Positions 17,469 to 28,600 of a DNA stretch of 64,000 bases are shown piece after piece. Positions within the stretch are counted from its first letter, which is position 1. The number at the start of each line of letters is the position of its first letter. Position numbers and translations under genes: made by a program. Under the pieces are notes generated by a model. That model was not told the DNA's origin, searched no databases, and was given only the letters and a program-made list of their open reading frames with translations. The DNA comes from an archaeon (GTDB taxonomy: Archaea > Nanobdellota > Nanobdellia > Pacearchaeales > GW2011-AR1): NCBI GenBank assembly GCA_021107855.1, contig JAIORZ010000006.1, forward strand, positions 32,480 through 96,479, in the 5' to 3' direction.

Positions 17469-18233
17469 TTATCCTAGTTCCACGTATATGTAATATGCAG
17501 TTGTTCCTGTGTTTGTTTCATTCCCGTTTTCCGGGACAATCATTTGAAAATCATATGTGGCTCCGTCATAACCTTGTTCGTCTGCTTCTAAGACTGTTGC
17601 AAATACTATGTCTGTGTTTGTGGAATCGTAAAGAATGACTTCTTCGAATTTGGTATCTGTGACATTATTTACATATGTGTTTGTTGCGGAACAGGTGTTT
17701 GTTGTAATTGTGGTTCCTGCAACTAGAAAAGTTTCGGCGTTGCTAGCGGGAGTAAAAGTTGATGTGATGTTGTCTTCGCCTGTCTGTTCCATGGCTACAT
17801 CTTCTGCTGTTATTTGTGCTGCGTTTGCGCATCCTATTGTGGTCCATTCAATTGTTGCGGAGGCTCTTGTTGCATAGACCTCTCCTGTAACTGTGCTCAT
17901 TGTCCAATCATAAATTGTCGAGCCTGTGGAATCGTCTAGTGTGAATTTCCCTTCTAACTGCCCCACGAATGCTTTCCAATGCGGATTTTGAGATGTTGCT
18001 GTTATGTTAAATTTTGAAATATATCCTCCAGAAATATTAACCATTTGACCTCCAGTAGCAATTCCTGTTGTATTTGAGACATGTGTGATTGCACTTGGTC
18101 CGGTTGGGATTGCGATTGCTAGGGTGGATAAAAATATTAGGGATAAAAGAATCACACTAATTACTATCGTTTTCTCTTTCATTGCTTGTTTCTTGGGTAT
18201 TCCCATTCTTCTCTTTCTTGTAGATTTTTGCAC
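17469..18233 (-). CDS. secreted protein, family B (YYFYVELE family) divergent member
   Basis: Signal peptide, then ...DSTGSTIYDWTMSTVTGEVYAT...TTAYYIYVELG; shares the family's conserved core and C-terminal motif. Confidence 0.55.
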   Translation of the reverse strand: MQKSTRKRRMGIPKKQAMKEKTIVISVILLSLIFLSTLAIAIPTGPSAITHVSNTTGIATGGQMVNISGGYISKFNITATSQNPHWKAFVGQLEGKFTLDDSTGSTIYDWTMSTVTGEVYATRASATIEWTTIGCANAAQITAEDVAMEQTGEDNITSTFTPASNAETFLVAGTTITTNTCSATNTYVNNVTDTKFEEVILYDSTNTDIVFATVLEADEQGYDGATYDFQMIVPENGNETNTGTTAYYIYVELG

Positions 18234-18276
18234 CCTTTTTATTGGGGCAAAAAATTGTTAAAAAAAATAAATCTTT

Positions 18277-19005
18277 TTACTCTAACTCTACGTAAAAGTA
18301 GTAGGTAGTTGTAGCTGTATTTGTTCCATGTCCGTCTTCTAGAACTAGCATTTCGAAATCGTGATATGCATTATCAAAGCCCGCGACGTCTTCTTCGTCT
18401 AAGATTGATGTGAAGATAACTTGCGTGTCTGCGCTTGAATCGGTTAGTAAAACTTCTTCGAAATTGTTATCCACGCTTGCTCCTGTACTATCATATATGC
18501 TTGTACTTGCGCAATCTCCTGCTACAAATTGCACGTTATTTGTAAAAAATTCGTCATGAGTCCCAGCGTCGGAAAATGTTTCATTGACTCCGTCGACATC
18601 GTCTGAGCTAATGTTGAATAATGTTTCAAGCGCGGAATGGTTTCCTGCTAAATCGAAACATGCAATATTTACCCATGCTACTGATGTATCTGTGGTTGCG
18701 TAAATTTCACCTTCAGGAGAAGCTAGTGTCCAGTTATACATTTGATTATCTGAAGCGTCTGCCAATTGAATTGTACCTGTTACGTTACCAAAATAACCTT
18801 GCCAAGACTGAGTTATTGAAAAACCAGAAACTGTTAATTCTGTTACATTCCCTGCTAGTGCTTCATGGTCTTGCGCTAGATCCATTGGAGCTCGTTCAGT
18901 CTTCACTTCTGTATAATTTGCACCAAACGGCTGAACGGCCATAACGTTTACTGCTAGAAACATCGTTAGAATTAATACCAATAATGTTAGTGCTTTTGTG
19001 TTCAT
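18277..19005 (-). CDS. secreted protein, family B (C-terminal TTYYFYVELE motif)
   Basis: Signal peptide MNTKALTLLVLILTMFLAVNVMA; ALAGNVTELTVSGFSITQSWQGYFGNVTGTIQLADASDNQMYNWTLASPEGEIYAT; ends TTTYYFYVELE. Confidence 0.65.
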   Translation of the reverse strand: MNTKALTLLVLILTMFLAVNVMAVQPFGANYTEVKTERAPMDLAQDHEALAGNVTELTVSGFSITQSWQGYFGNVTGTIQLADASDNQMYNWTLASPEGEIYATTDTSVAWVNIACFDLAGNHSALETLFNISSDDVDGVNETFSDAGTHDEFFTNNVQFVAGDCASTSIYDSTGASVDNNFEEVLLTDSSADTQVIFTSILDEEDVAGFDNAYHDFEMLVLEDGHGTNTATTTYYFYVELE

Positions 19006-19159
19006 CTCTTTTAACCTCCTTTTGATTATTTGTTCATACCATTAGTAGTATGTTACCCGTTTTGAATAGCAATATTGTTTATAAATCTTCTCTTTTTTCA
19101 AAAGTGAAAGAGTATTTCAAAAGTGAAAAACTTATATAGTTTGTATACGTGGAAAATGG

Positions 19160-19693
19160 ATGGAAATCAACGTTTTGTCGGGATTATTGGATGATAAGTT
19201 GATTAAAATTATTTCGTTGTTTATGAAATATCCCGATAAACGGTTTTCTATGAGTGAGGTTTCGAAGCTCAGTGGGATTAATGGGGCGACGACTTTTAGG
19301 ACTTTGAATAAACTTGTGACGGAGAATTTGATACGGGCGACGGTTATAGGGAAGACGCGGAGTTATCAGTTGTCGCAAGGTGAGAGGACGTCGTTATTGG
19401 TTCGGCTTTTGAAGAAGGATAAGGTTAATGTTTTGGATATTTTCTGTGAGAAGGTTAAGGAGTTGCCTAGGGTTAAGACGGTTTTGTTAGATTCGAATAA
19501 CGTGGACGGGGCTAAGGTTATTATTGTTGGGGATTATCCGTCGAAGGATAGAGTTGAAAAAATTTGTGAGGATATTCAGAGTGATAGGAAGTTTAAGATT
19601 GATTTTGTGGAGTTGACGCCGAAGCAGTATTTGGATTTGAGGAAGTTTGGCACTATTCCTTCGGGGAAGCGGATTTTGTTTACTCGGGCCTAG
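19160..19693 (+). CDS. winged-helix transcription regulator with C-terminal domain
   Basis: N-terminal wHTH (FSMSEVSKLSGINGATTFRTLNKLVTENLI); convergent with the giant gene, 4-nt overlap. Confidence 0.5.
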   Translation: MEINVLSGLLDDKLIKIISLFMKYPDKRFSMSEVSKLSGINGATTFRTLNKLVTENLIRATVIGKTRSYQLSQGERTSLLVRLLKKDKVNVLDIFCEKVKELPRVKTVLLDSNNVDGAKVIIVGDYPSKDRVEKICEDIQSDRKFKIDFVELTPKQYLDLRKFGTIPSGKRILFTRA

Positions 19694-22600
19694 GTTATTT
19701 CCATGTAGAATGCGACGGATGTTTGGGTGGCGGCATGGTATTCCCTGAGTTTTGCTGGAACTCTGAGTTCATAGTCCGTTACCTCGTATGAGCCTGCGGT
19801 GTCTTTGGAAATTCTTGTTACGAAGATTATGTCTTCTTTTTCGGTTGTGTCGTATTCGGAATCTGTGTCGTCGCTGTAGTCCCAGAGGATTCCTGTCTTG
19901 AATGATGAGGAGTTGATTGATGTTGTTACTGGAATGTATGGAATGTGTTTTCCGAATATTGTGAGGTTTTGGGTTTCGTTAATCTCTCCTGCGTTTAGGT
20001 AAAGAGCTTCTAGTGAGTCGGGAAATTGCGTCGAGCCTAGAATTGTGTCGATTTCTTGAATATCATTAGTTGAATTTGCGCCGGATGGTTTCTTGCCGAT
20101 TGCTTGTAGTGTCGTCCAATCTACGTTTGAGTCGTAGTCAGCGACGTAGATTTTGGAGTTTAGTAGACCTGTTTCGTTCCATGTGACTATTTTTGCTTCT
20201 ATTGAATCTGCGAGTTTGAGTTCGCTGTCTGGATTTATATCGCCGTAGAATAGATGCCAACTTGAGATAGTTATGGTCTTGTTTGCTTTGTTGTTTGTTT
20301 CTAAGTTTTCTGTGATTAAATCAGCTGGGTCTACTTTTACAAATATTTGCGTTGCTCCTATTTCTGCATCCCATACGACGGATGCGTTGCTGAAATTTAG
20401 TGCTGAGACTGAGATGGTTTGCGTGCTCCCAATTTGTGTTCCTGTTGTGTCTGGGTCGCCTGAGTAGAATTCGACTTGAACTGATGTGGCGTTAATTAGT
20501 GCTAGGTTGTGGACCGTTGCTGTTATCGTTATGGTTTCGCCTTCTGTTGGAGTTGTTGAGTTGAAGAATATTTGGCTTTGGTTGATTTGGAGGTCTGGGT
20601 ATGTTCGGTTGAAGACGTAGGTTAGGGATGTGTTTGTATTTCCTAGTGTGTCCCAGCATGTTACGTTCCAGAAATGTTGTCCGATGGAAAGTCCTGAGAC
20701 TGATTCTAGTTTTGAGAATCCTGATGTTACTAGGACATTGTCTTCTTCTACATTGCCATCGACGGTTAGGTTACAGGTTAGTAGTGTATCGAGTGCATCC
20801 GTCGCTGTCCAGTTGAAATCGGTGTCTACATCGTTTGCATCAACGCCGGTGTTATTGGGGGGTGAGTTTAGTTGAATTAATGGAGGACTTAAATCTCTTG
20901 AGAAATTTCTATATACGCTCATATTAATATTTGAATCTGTATCTGTACATTCAACGCTCCAATTATGTTTTCCTTCTAGAATTCCTGAAACTGTAAAATT
21001 ATTTATTATATTTTTTATGACTCCTGAGTCGGTTTGGTTTAATTTGTTGTCAATATATATGCTACAATTTACTAGTCCTAGTGCGTCAACTGGTGTGTAG
21101 CTAAAATTAATTGTTGAGTTTGTTGTTAGTATATCATTTGCTGGGCTGTCTAGGTATATTTTTGGTGGCGCGTAAACGGTAAAATTATATATTATGCTAC
21201 TGTTGTAGTTTCCGGCATCGTCTACGCAGGTTGTATTCCAGTTGTGTGCTCCGTCTACTAATAAAATTGGAACAATGTTTGTGCCGTTTATTAGCTCTCC
21301 TGTGAATTCAACGTCTCCGTCTACACTTAAATTGCAAGAGATGGAATCGTCTAGATTTTCTGTGATATTAAATGTGAATGTTACATTGTTATCACCTACG
21401 GTCGCACCTTCTGGCGGGTATATGAAATCTACTTGGGGGGCAGTAGTGTCTACATAGATTTCCCACGTTTCGCTTTCTCCGACCATTAAGGTAATATCTG
21501 TTACGTTGACACTCCAGTTGTATTTTCCGTCTGCTAGCGTTACTTCAAAATAATTATTTGCCCCACTTGTGACTATGGTTTGGTTTGTCATATAGACAGA
21601 ATTGTTAATAATTAATTCCGTTTTGGAAAATCCTTGGTCGTCTTGTGGAAAGTAAGTAAAATTGAAATTGGATGTGTTCACCCAGGAAGCATTTGGTGGA
21701 GAGATGAGAGAGATTCCTGGGGCAGTATACTTTGTGAAATTAAATACTGAAGTTGTGTTTATGTTTGAGGCATTGTCCCAACAGGTTACGTTCCATTCTC
21801 TATATCCGTCCAAGATTCCTGAGATATTTCTGGAAGCGTTCGTTGCATTGGCTAATGCAAAATTTGCATCTACTACTACAGAATCGATAGTCAAGTTACA
21901 AACTAAAAATTCGCTTATTTCATCAATGGCTTCAAATTCGAAGGTTACATTGGAAGTGTATACGTCAATTCCGAGTGGATAATAGGCAATAATATCTGGG
22001 GCATTGTTGTCGATGAACATGACGTTTTCCTCGCTGTAAGCGGCTAGTCCGTAGCTGTCAGAACAATTTACATAATAAGTGTATCTTCCGTCTGCTAATC
22101 CTTCTATTTCGAGATTGTTTACAGAGCCAAGAGATATCCCGGAGCTGACTGTTTCATTTGCTACTCCATTTAGATAGGCTGTGCAAAAATCTATGTCGGT
22201 ATTGTCATAAGGTGTGAATTGAATTGTGAATGAGTTCCCTTGATGGTAAGTCATGTTGCTGTTGTTTAAAAATACCGTGGGAGGTTCTTCTATGGTCACT
22301 AATCTTGTTTCGCTGATTCCGGAGTAACCTGAATCATCCGTGCAATTTACGTACCAGTAAGTTGCTCCATCGTCTAATAGGGAAGAATTCTGGGAGGTTA
22401 TCGCTCCTGAGGTCGCTGAGAGATTTGAATCTATAGAATTATTCACATAAATACTGCAATTTAAATTTGAATCAATTGCATCTGTGACATTAAATTGGAA
22501 GTTTACGATTCCGGATGAAGATGTGCTTTCGTTGTCTGGGTTTACTAGGACAATAGAAGGAGCGTTTAGGTCAACTCCAAAGGTTCTATTCGCAGTTGCG

Positions 22601-25600
22601 TTTGAAGTTAAACTTAAATCATAACAGGTGATGCTCCAATTATAATATCCTTCTGCAAATCCTGAAATTATAAAGAAGTTATTTACTCCGAGATTTATTG
22701 AGTCGTTTGTTTCATTTATTGCTCCATTTATTAATAAATCACAGTGGTCCATTCCTGAAGCATCGTCGGGTAGATATGTGAAATTCATGGTTCCGTCGGT
22801 GTCAATGTAGTTGTCTTCGGGGGAGACTAGGCTTACTGTTGGTGGAGTGTCTGTAATGGTGAATCTCCATGTTTCGCTAGTTGTGCTTCTTGATGATTCG
22901 TCGTAACAAGTGACGTTCCAATAGTGTGCTCCGCCACCTATCGCTCCGGAAGATACGTTTGTTTCGGTGTTGTTTAATGCAGGAACTCCTGTGTGGATTG
23001 TTGATCCGTCTAAAACAATGTCGCAAGATAAATTGCCGTCCATATTGTCGGTAGGTTTGAAGCTTAGATTTATTACTCCAACGGAATGATCTGAATTGTT
23101 TGGTGGGAAAATTAGAGTAACCTCTGGGTTTTCTAAGTCAACATAAAATTCCCAAGTTTCGCTTTGATTAGTTTCGGAGACGTCGGATAAATTGACACTC
23201 CAATTGTAGGTTCCAGAACTTAATCCGGTGATTGTGAAATTATTATTTCCTGAAGAAATTACACTTGCGTTTGTTGCGTTATAAATTCCGTTTAAAATTA
23301 ATGTAGCATTTGTAAAATCTCCGTTTGGGTCTGTTGCGTTGTAAGTTAAATTCCAGCTGCTGCTGTTAATCCAGGTTGTATTTGTTGGGCTGACTAAATT
23401 AACTTGAGGTGCTACGCCTGATTGAACGTTTAATGTGCTTTGGGCATTTGCGTTAGCTGTTTTATATCCACTTGTGACATTTACATCATAACTTCCGAAG
23501 ACACTTGTAGAATTAAAGCTATAATTGAAGAAACCTGTTGAATCTGTGAAGGCTCCGGTATAATTGAATGTTAATTCTTGTAGTTGAGGACTGTAGGTGG
23601 AATTGAATGCTCCCATTTCAATTTTATATTCTAGGTATCTGGATATATTAAGGTCGTCTGTGATGTTTTCGCCATTTGAAATTTCTGTCCAGTCGGTCCA
23701 ACTAATTTTGTCATTTGATGTTCTAATATAGATTAAAACTCCTGTGCAATCACTGGAACTAAAACTTACTGATAATTTTGGTCTGTCAGCTTGGGTTGTA
23801 TATTCTCTGCTTCTGAAAAGAACATTCCCAGAACCTATGGGATGAATTGCAAATCCGTTATTGCTAAGAGTTCTATCTGTCCATCTTTGAACGGTTGATG
23901 TAACTCCTAAGGATTTTGTTCCGGTTGAGGCTGTGCTCATGTATCCTAGGGAAGTTGTATTTATGGAAGGGGAACTTGCAAATCCTGCAGAACTCCATAA
24001 ATCGTCGCTGGTTCTGTATAGATAAGTTACTTCTTCTTCGTTCCAGCTTTGTAATAGTTCATAAAAATTAGGATTGTCTCCTGTGTCATAAACCGTCAGA
24101 CTTAAATTGGCACTGCTAATTGTGGAATTGTAGGGAATCTTATTTAGTCCATAGCCTGTAATATCCTTGAATTTTATGAGGGATCGTTCTGTGTCTGGTG
24201 AGGAGTCGACTGTGAGGAAGGCATCTGTCCCATAGTTTGTATTTTGGTTTGCGCTTGTGACATACGAGTCTTCTGTGCTAGAGTAAGAATTAGAATCTCC
24301 ATCTTGATAACTGATTGTTCCGGAGCATGGCTTTGCTACGGTGCTCCAAACAACGGTGTCCCAATTAACCTTTGCTCCAGCGTCTAAAATTCCGGAAAAA
24401 TTACCGGAAGTGTTTGTTCCGTCAAGTGTAAATTCTCCTCCTGAGTATGTAACATTATTATAGTCGGATAAGATTTCAATCTCATCTTCTGTAAAATTCA
24501 ATGCATTTTCGGAGGAACCTTGATTTGTTAAATTTTCGAGGGGGATGAATGTTCCATTAAACCAGAAGTTGATTGCATTTTTCGGGATTGCTGTTCCGTT
24601 TGATAAATTGAGATAACCTGTCATGAAAATATCTTCTTCTCCTATCGTTGTAGAGGGGTTTAGGTTTAGGTTTAAAATTAAATTTAGGATGTCAAAAGTT
24701 CCGTTATAGGAGTCTTCAAGTCCAGTTGTGTCGTTTGCATAAATTGTGTAATTATAGCTTCCATTAAAGCTTTCGTCTGTTTCTATTATGCCGCTCCAGA
24801 GGTCTCCGAAAATGTTGCTTAGGAAGATTATTGCTTTTTGAACACCCCCGATTGCGCCTTCCCAAATTATGACCCAGACACTATCTGTGCTGCTATCGCT
24901 GACGTTGACATTTATTGTTAGGTTCTCTCCTTCGTATAAGGGATTTGTGGAATTTACGATTTCTCCATCCTCATTTGTTTGGTTGATAAAAGTAATGTTT
25001 GGGGCTGAGGTGTCCACTGTGAATTCTACGCTTTTTATTCCTAAAGCTCCGGAGGTATCATTAGCATATATGAACCAGGTGTTGTTTCCGTCTACTGATG
25101 TGATTCCGGTTATATTTTGGTTACAAGTCATTGTGGTGTTGGTTTCTCCAAGGTTTAAGCTGTACCAACAAGTGTCGAGGGTTACTCCGGTTGCATGGGT
25201 GATGCTATAATTCATTTCTATTACTTGTGTGTTGTAAATATAGGTTTCCGGATAGAGGATGGTAATTGTCGGAGGAGATTCCCATGTGATGTTTAAGTCA
25301 TTAAGGGAAATATTTATGGCGCTGTCTGCAGAATATAGGACTCTGTATAAGAGATTTGAGCCAGGAGTGAATCCTGTTAAGTTGCCGCCGTTGGTAATTG
25401 TGTTCCAGTTCGCTCCGTTATCTACGCTAATTTGGACAGTGATATTATTTGTTGCATTTGTTCCTGTTTCTGCCCAGCCTGTGTATGAGATACTATTTAT
25501 TCCTTGTGATGCATTCATGACATGCGAAGTGAAATTCGCGGTTCCGCCTGAAATTACATCTCTAACATCCATTGTATCAACTCCATACATTAAATTTTCC

Positions 25601-28600
25601 GCAGCAGGAGACAGCCCGGACCAATTTTCATTTCCACTGTAATCAACTCCGCTTGCAGAATAAACCATTGTTGAAGCTGGGCTTAAATAGCTGATAGCGT
25701 TATTTGTTCCGTCGACATAAAAAGAAACCAAATAATCTTTAGAGGAATCGATGCTTAAATTTAACCAATCTGTATATTGTGAACTAGAGGCGGAAATTAT
25801 ATAACTAGTTGCTCCTCCGAATTCTAAAGCGGTCCAGGTTCCTCCGACGCAATCACTTGTTGACCCACTTCTTTCGCAAATAGTTGGATTATTGATTCCT
25901 AAAGAGCCGTCTGTTCCCGAAATGAATTTAATTCTTACAGAATCTCCGCTAGTGTTAATGGAACTAGATTGTAAAATATTTCTGTATGAATATGTGCTTC
26001 TTCCGCTATTTGCCCAAGTGCCATCCCCTGTTTGGTCGTTTGCGTCCCAAGAAATAACAGGGGAGCTTTCAGAAGTGGAAGCGTAGAAGGTCATATTTTC
26101 TCCGTCCCAAATTATACTATTTGTTTCTCTAATTGAAGAATTATCATCAAAAGTATCATAATAATATTTGTCAAAATCTACATCAAAACTGGTGCTATTA
26201 GAGGATGTGTCTCCTACTGAATTGTTTGCATAAAAGGTAATTGTTTGCGAGCTGCCTTCTTCTAAGATTATGGGGAAAATCCAACTTCCTTCGCAGTTTT
26301 TACAAATAGTTTCATTGGCTCCTCCATTAATGGACATTATTAAAGCTGCCGCACTCGAATTAAGTGTGACGTTAATAATGGGGGTGAAATCTTGCTCTAT
26401 TGGGGTTGTAATTCCTTCAATATGGATTCCTGGCGGGGGGTTTATTGTCGTCGACCAAGAAATGTTTAAATCCAATAATGAAAGATATGATAAATCTTCT
26501 ATATCAAAAAATACTCTATAAATGAAATCATCTCCTGTTGTGATAGATGTTAGTCCTGAATTTTTTGTAGCTTCATACCAATGAACACCGTCGTTTGCAC
26601 TTACTTCAATGGTTAAAGAATTATTTGCGTTGCTGTTTGCTTCGTTCCAGGTGATATTTGTAAATTTGGTTATATCGTCGGTTAAATCTACAGAATAGGA
26701 AGTGAAAGATCCGCTTTTTCTACCTCCAGTAATAATTCCTGCAAAATCGTCATGCCTGGCTTCGTCATTTAAATCGTTATAAATTCCTACTTTCCCCTCG
26801 GGATAATAGACATCTGTGGCTTGAGTTGCTAAGACTCCGTCGACATAACAGGAGACAGTGTGGTTTTTTATTTCTAATTTCATCTCGGTCCAAGTACTTA
26901 ATGAATAAGATGTCCCGTCGCTTGTTGTGGAAATGGTGGTTTCTCCGCCATTCGAAACTTCGACAATTTCTGCGTCTATTGGAGCTTGTTGTCGCACTTG
27001 GCATCTATAATAATTTGAGGAATTTTCATATCCAAAAACAAAACCTGAGTAGTCATTATCTGTAGAATATAAATCGTAAGTAAAATTATAATCTGTATCA
27101 TTGTCCATTGTGAATGAATTATAATATGCGATTGCGTCATTTGCATTTTGAGTTTGTCTCAATTCTCCGGAAATTGTTTGCCATTGTCCTCCAATTAAAG
27201 ACCACTCTTGTGAATCTGTAAAATCTTCGTTGATTACTGTGTCTTGGCTTAATTTGAGAGTTATATTCCCATTTAAAGCTTCTATCTCATCTGAGGTATA
27301 AACATAAGAAGAATCATTGAATGAATCATAATAATTATTGTTCATATTTACTGTGAAGGAAACGCTTTCGTGATTTTCTTCTCCCATCGGATTTCTGACA
27401 TAGACATTGACTGTATAGCTAGCTTCTCTTAAGTATAGGACTTCATCACTAGAGCCATTGCAGTTTGTGCAAAGAGTTTCATTTGCTCCGCCGTCTATAT
27501 TGTACCATAGGCTGCTGGCGGGACCAGTTAAATTAATATCTAAAACTGGAGTTGCGTCATTAATGTCTCCAGAAGTTGGATATGAAATTGTGATATTTGG
27601 AAGTTCTTGGTCAACTGAAATTGTGACATTCCAGATATCTGTTATGTCTGAATTAGAAAGATTGGATGTTGAGTTTGCAAAAGCAAAGAAATAATATTTC
27701 GAGTCTAGTTCTCCTGTTGCGTTTACAAAGAATGTAAAAATTTGGCTTTCTCCTTCATTTAGATAACTTGAAGTCAGGGGGTTTGAAGAGGCGTTTGTAT
27801 AGAATGGAGAGCCGGAGCCTACTGGGATAATTCCTTTATTCATGCTTGGGGTTTCGGTTGTGAAATTAACTGAATCTATATACCACCCTTCTCTTGTAAC
27901 GCTGTCGTCTGCGAAGAAATGGAATCTAAAGGTTACATTTTCTCCTGTAAAATTTGAGATATTGGCTATAACGTGTGCAAAAGATCCTGAAGATCCAATA
28001 TATCCATCGCCCCAGATGGCTTCACCATCAACTAAATCAGGTCCTCCGTTATAGTCATTATAATTTGCGTTATATCCTCCGGAAATAAAATTATCAAACT
28101 TTTTCCAGGAACCAGTTTCGTTAATTCTATATTCTAAAAGTCCCCCGTCATAACCGTTATTTTCTACGTACATATAATGATAGAAATCGAATGTGTGGTT
28201 ACCATCTTCTAAATCGTAGGTGGGAGTTACTAGAATTGAATCTGAATAAATCAAATAATTTCCAGATCCGGTGTCTCCGCATTTCCATGCTTGACTTCCA
28301 TTGTGTGTGCTCTCCGTGCTTATATGCCATTGGTCTTCTTTTTCATTTAAAGCAAAGTGTTCGAATCCTTCTGTGCCTGTTTCGAAATCGTTGTAAGTTT
28401 CTACTATTGGGTCTAGGGTCACATTAATTGTTCCACAATTTCCCTGGGTACATGTTAGATTTAAAGTTACATTAAAAAATTCATATTGTTCAACGTAGAC
28501 ATTTGAGGAAGTTGGCCATAAAACTTCTAAACTAATTTCGGGCTCTCCGAGATAGGTTTGGATTCTTAACTCTGAACTATTTGCCCAAGGTGAAAAGAAT

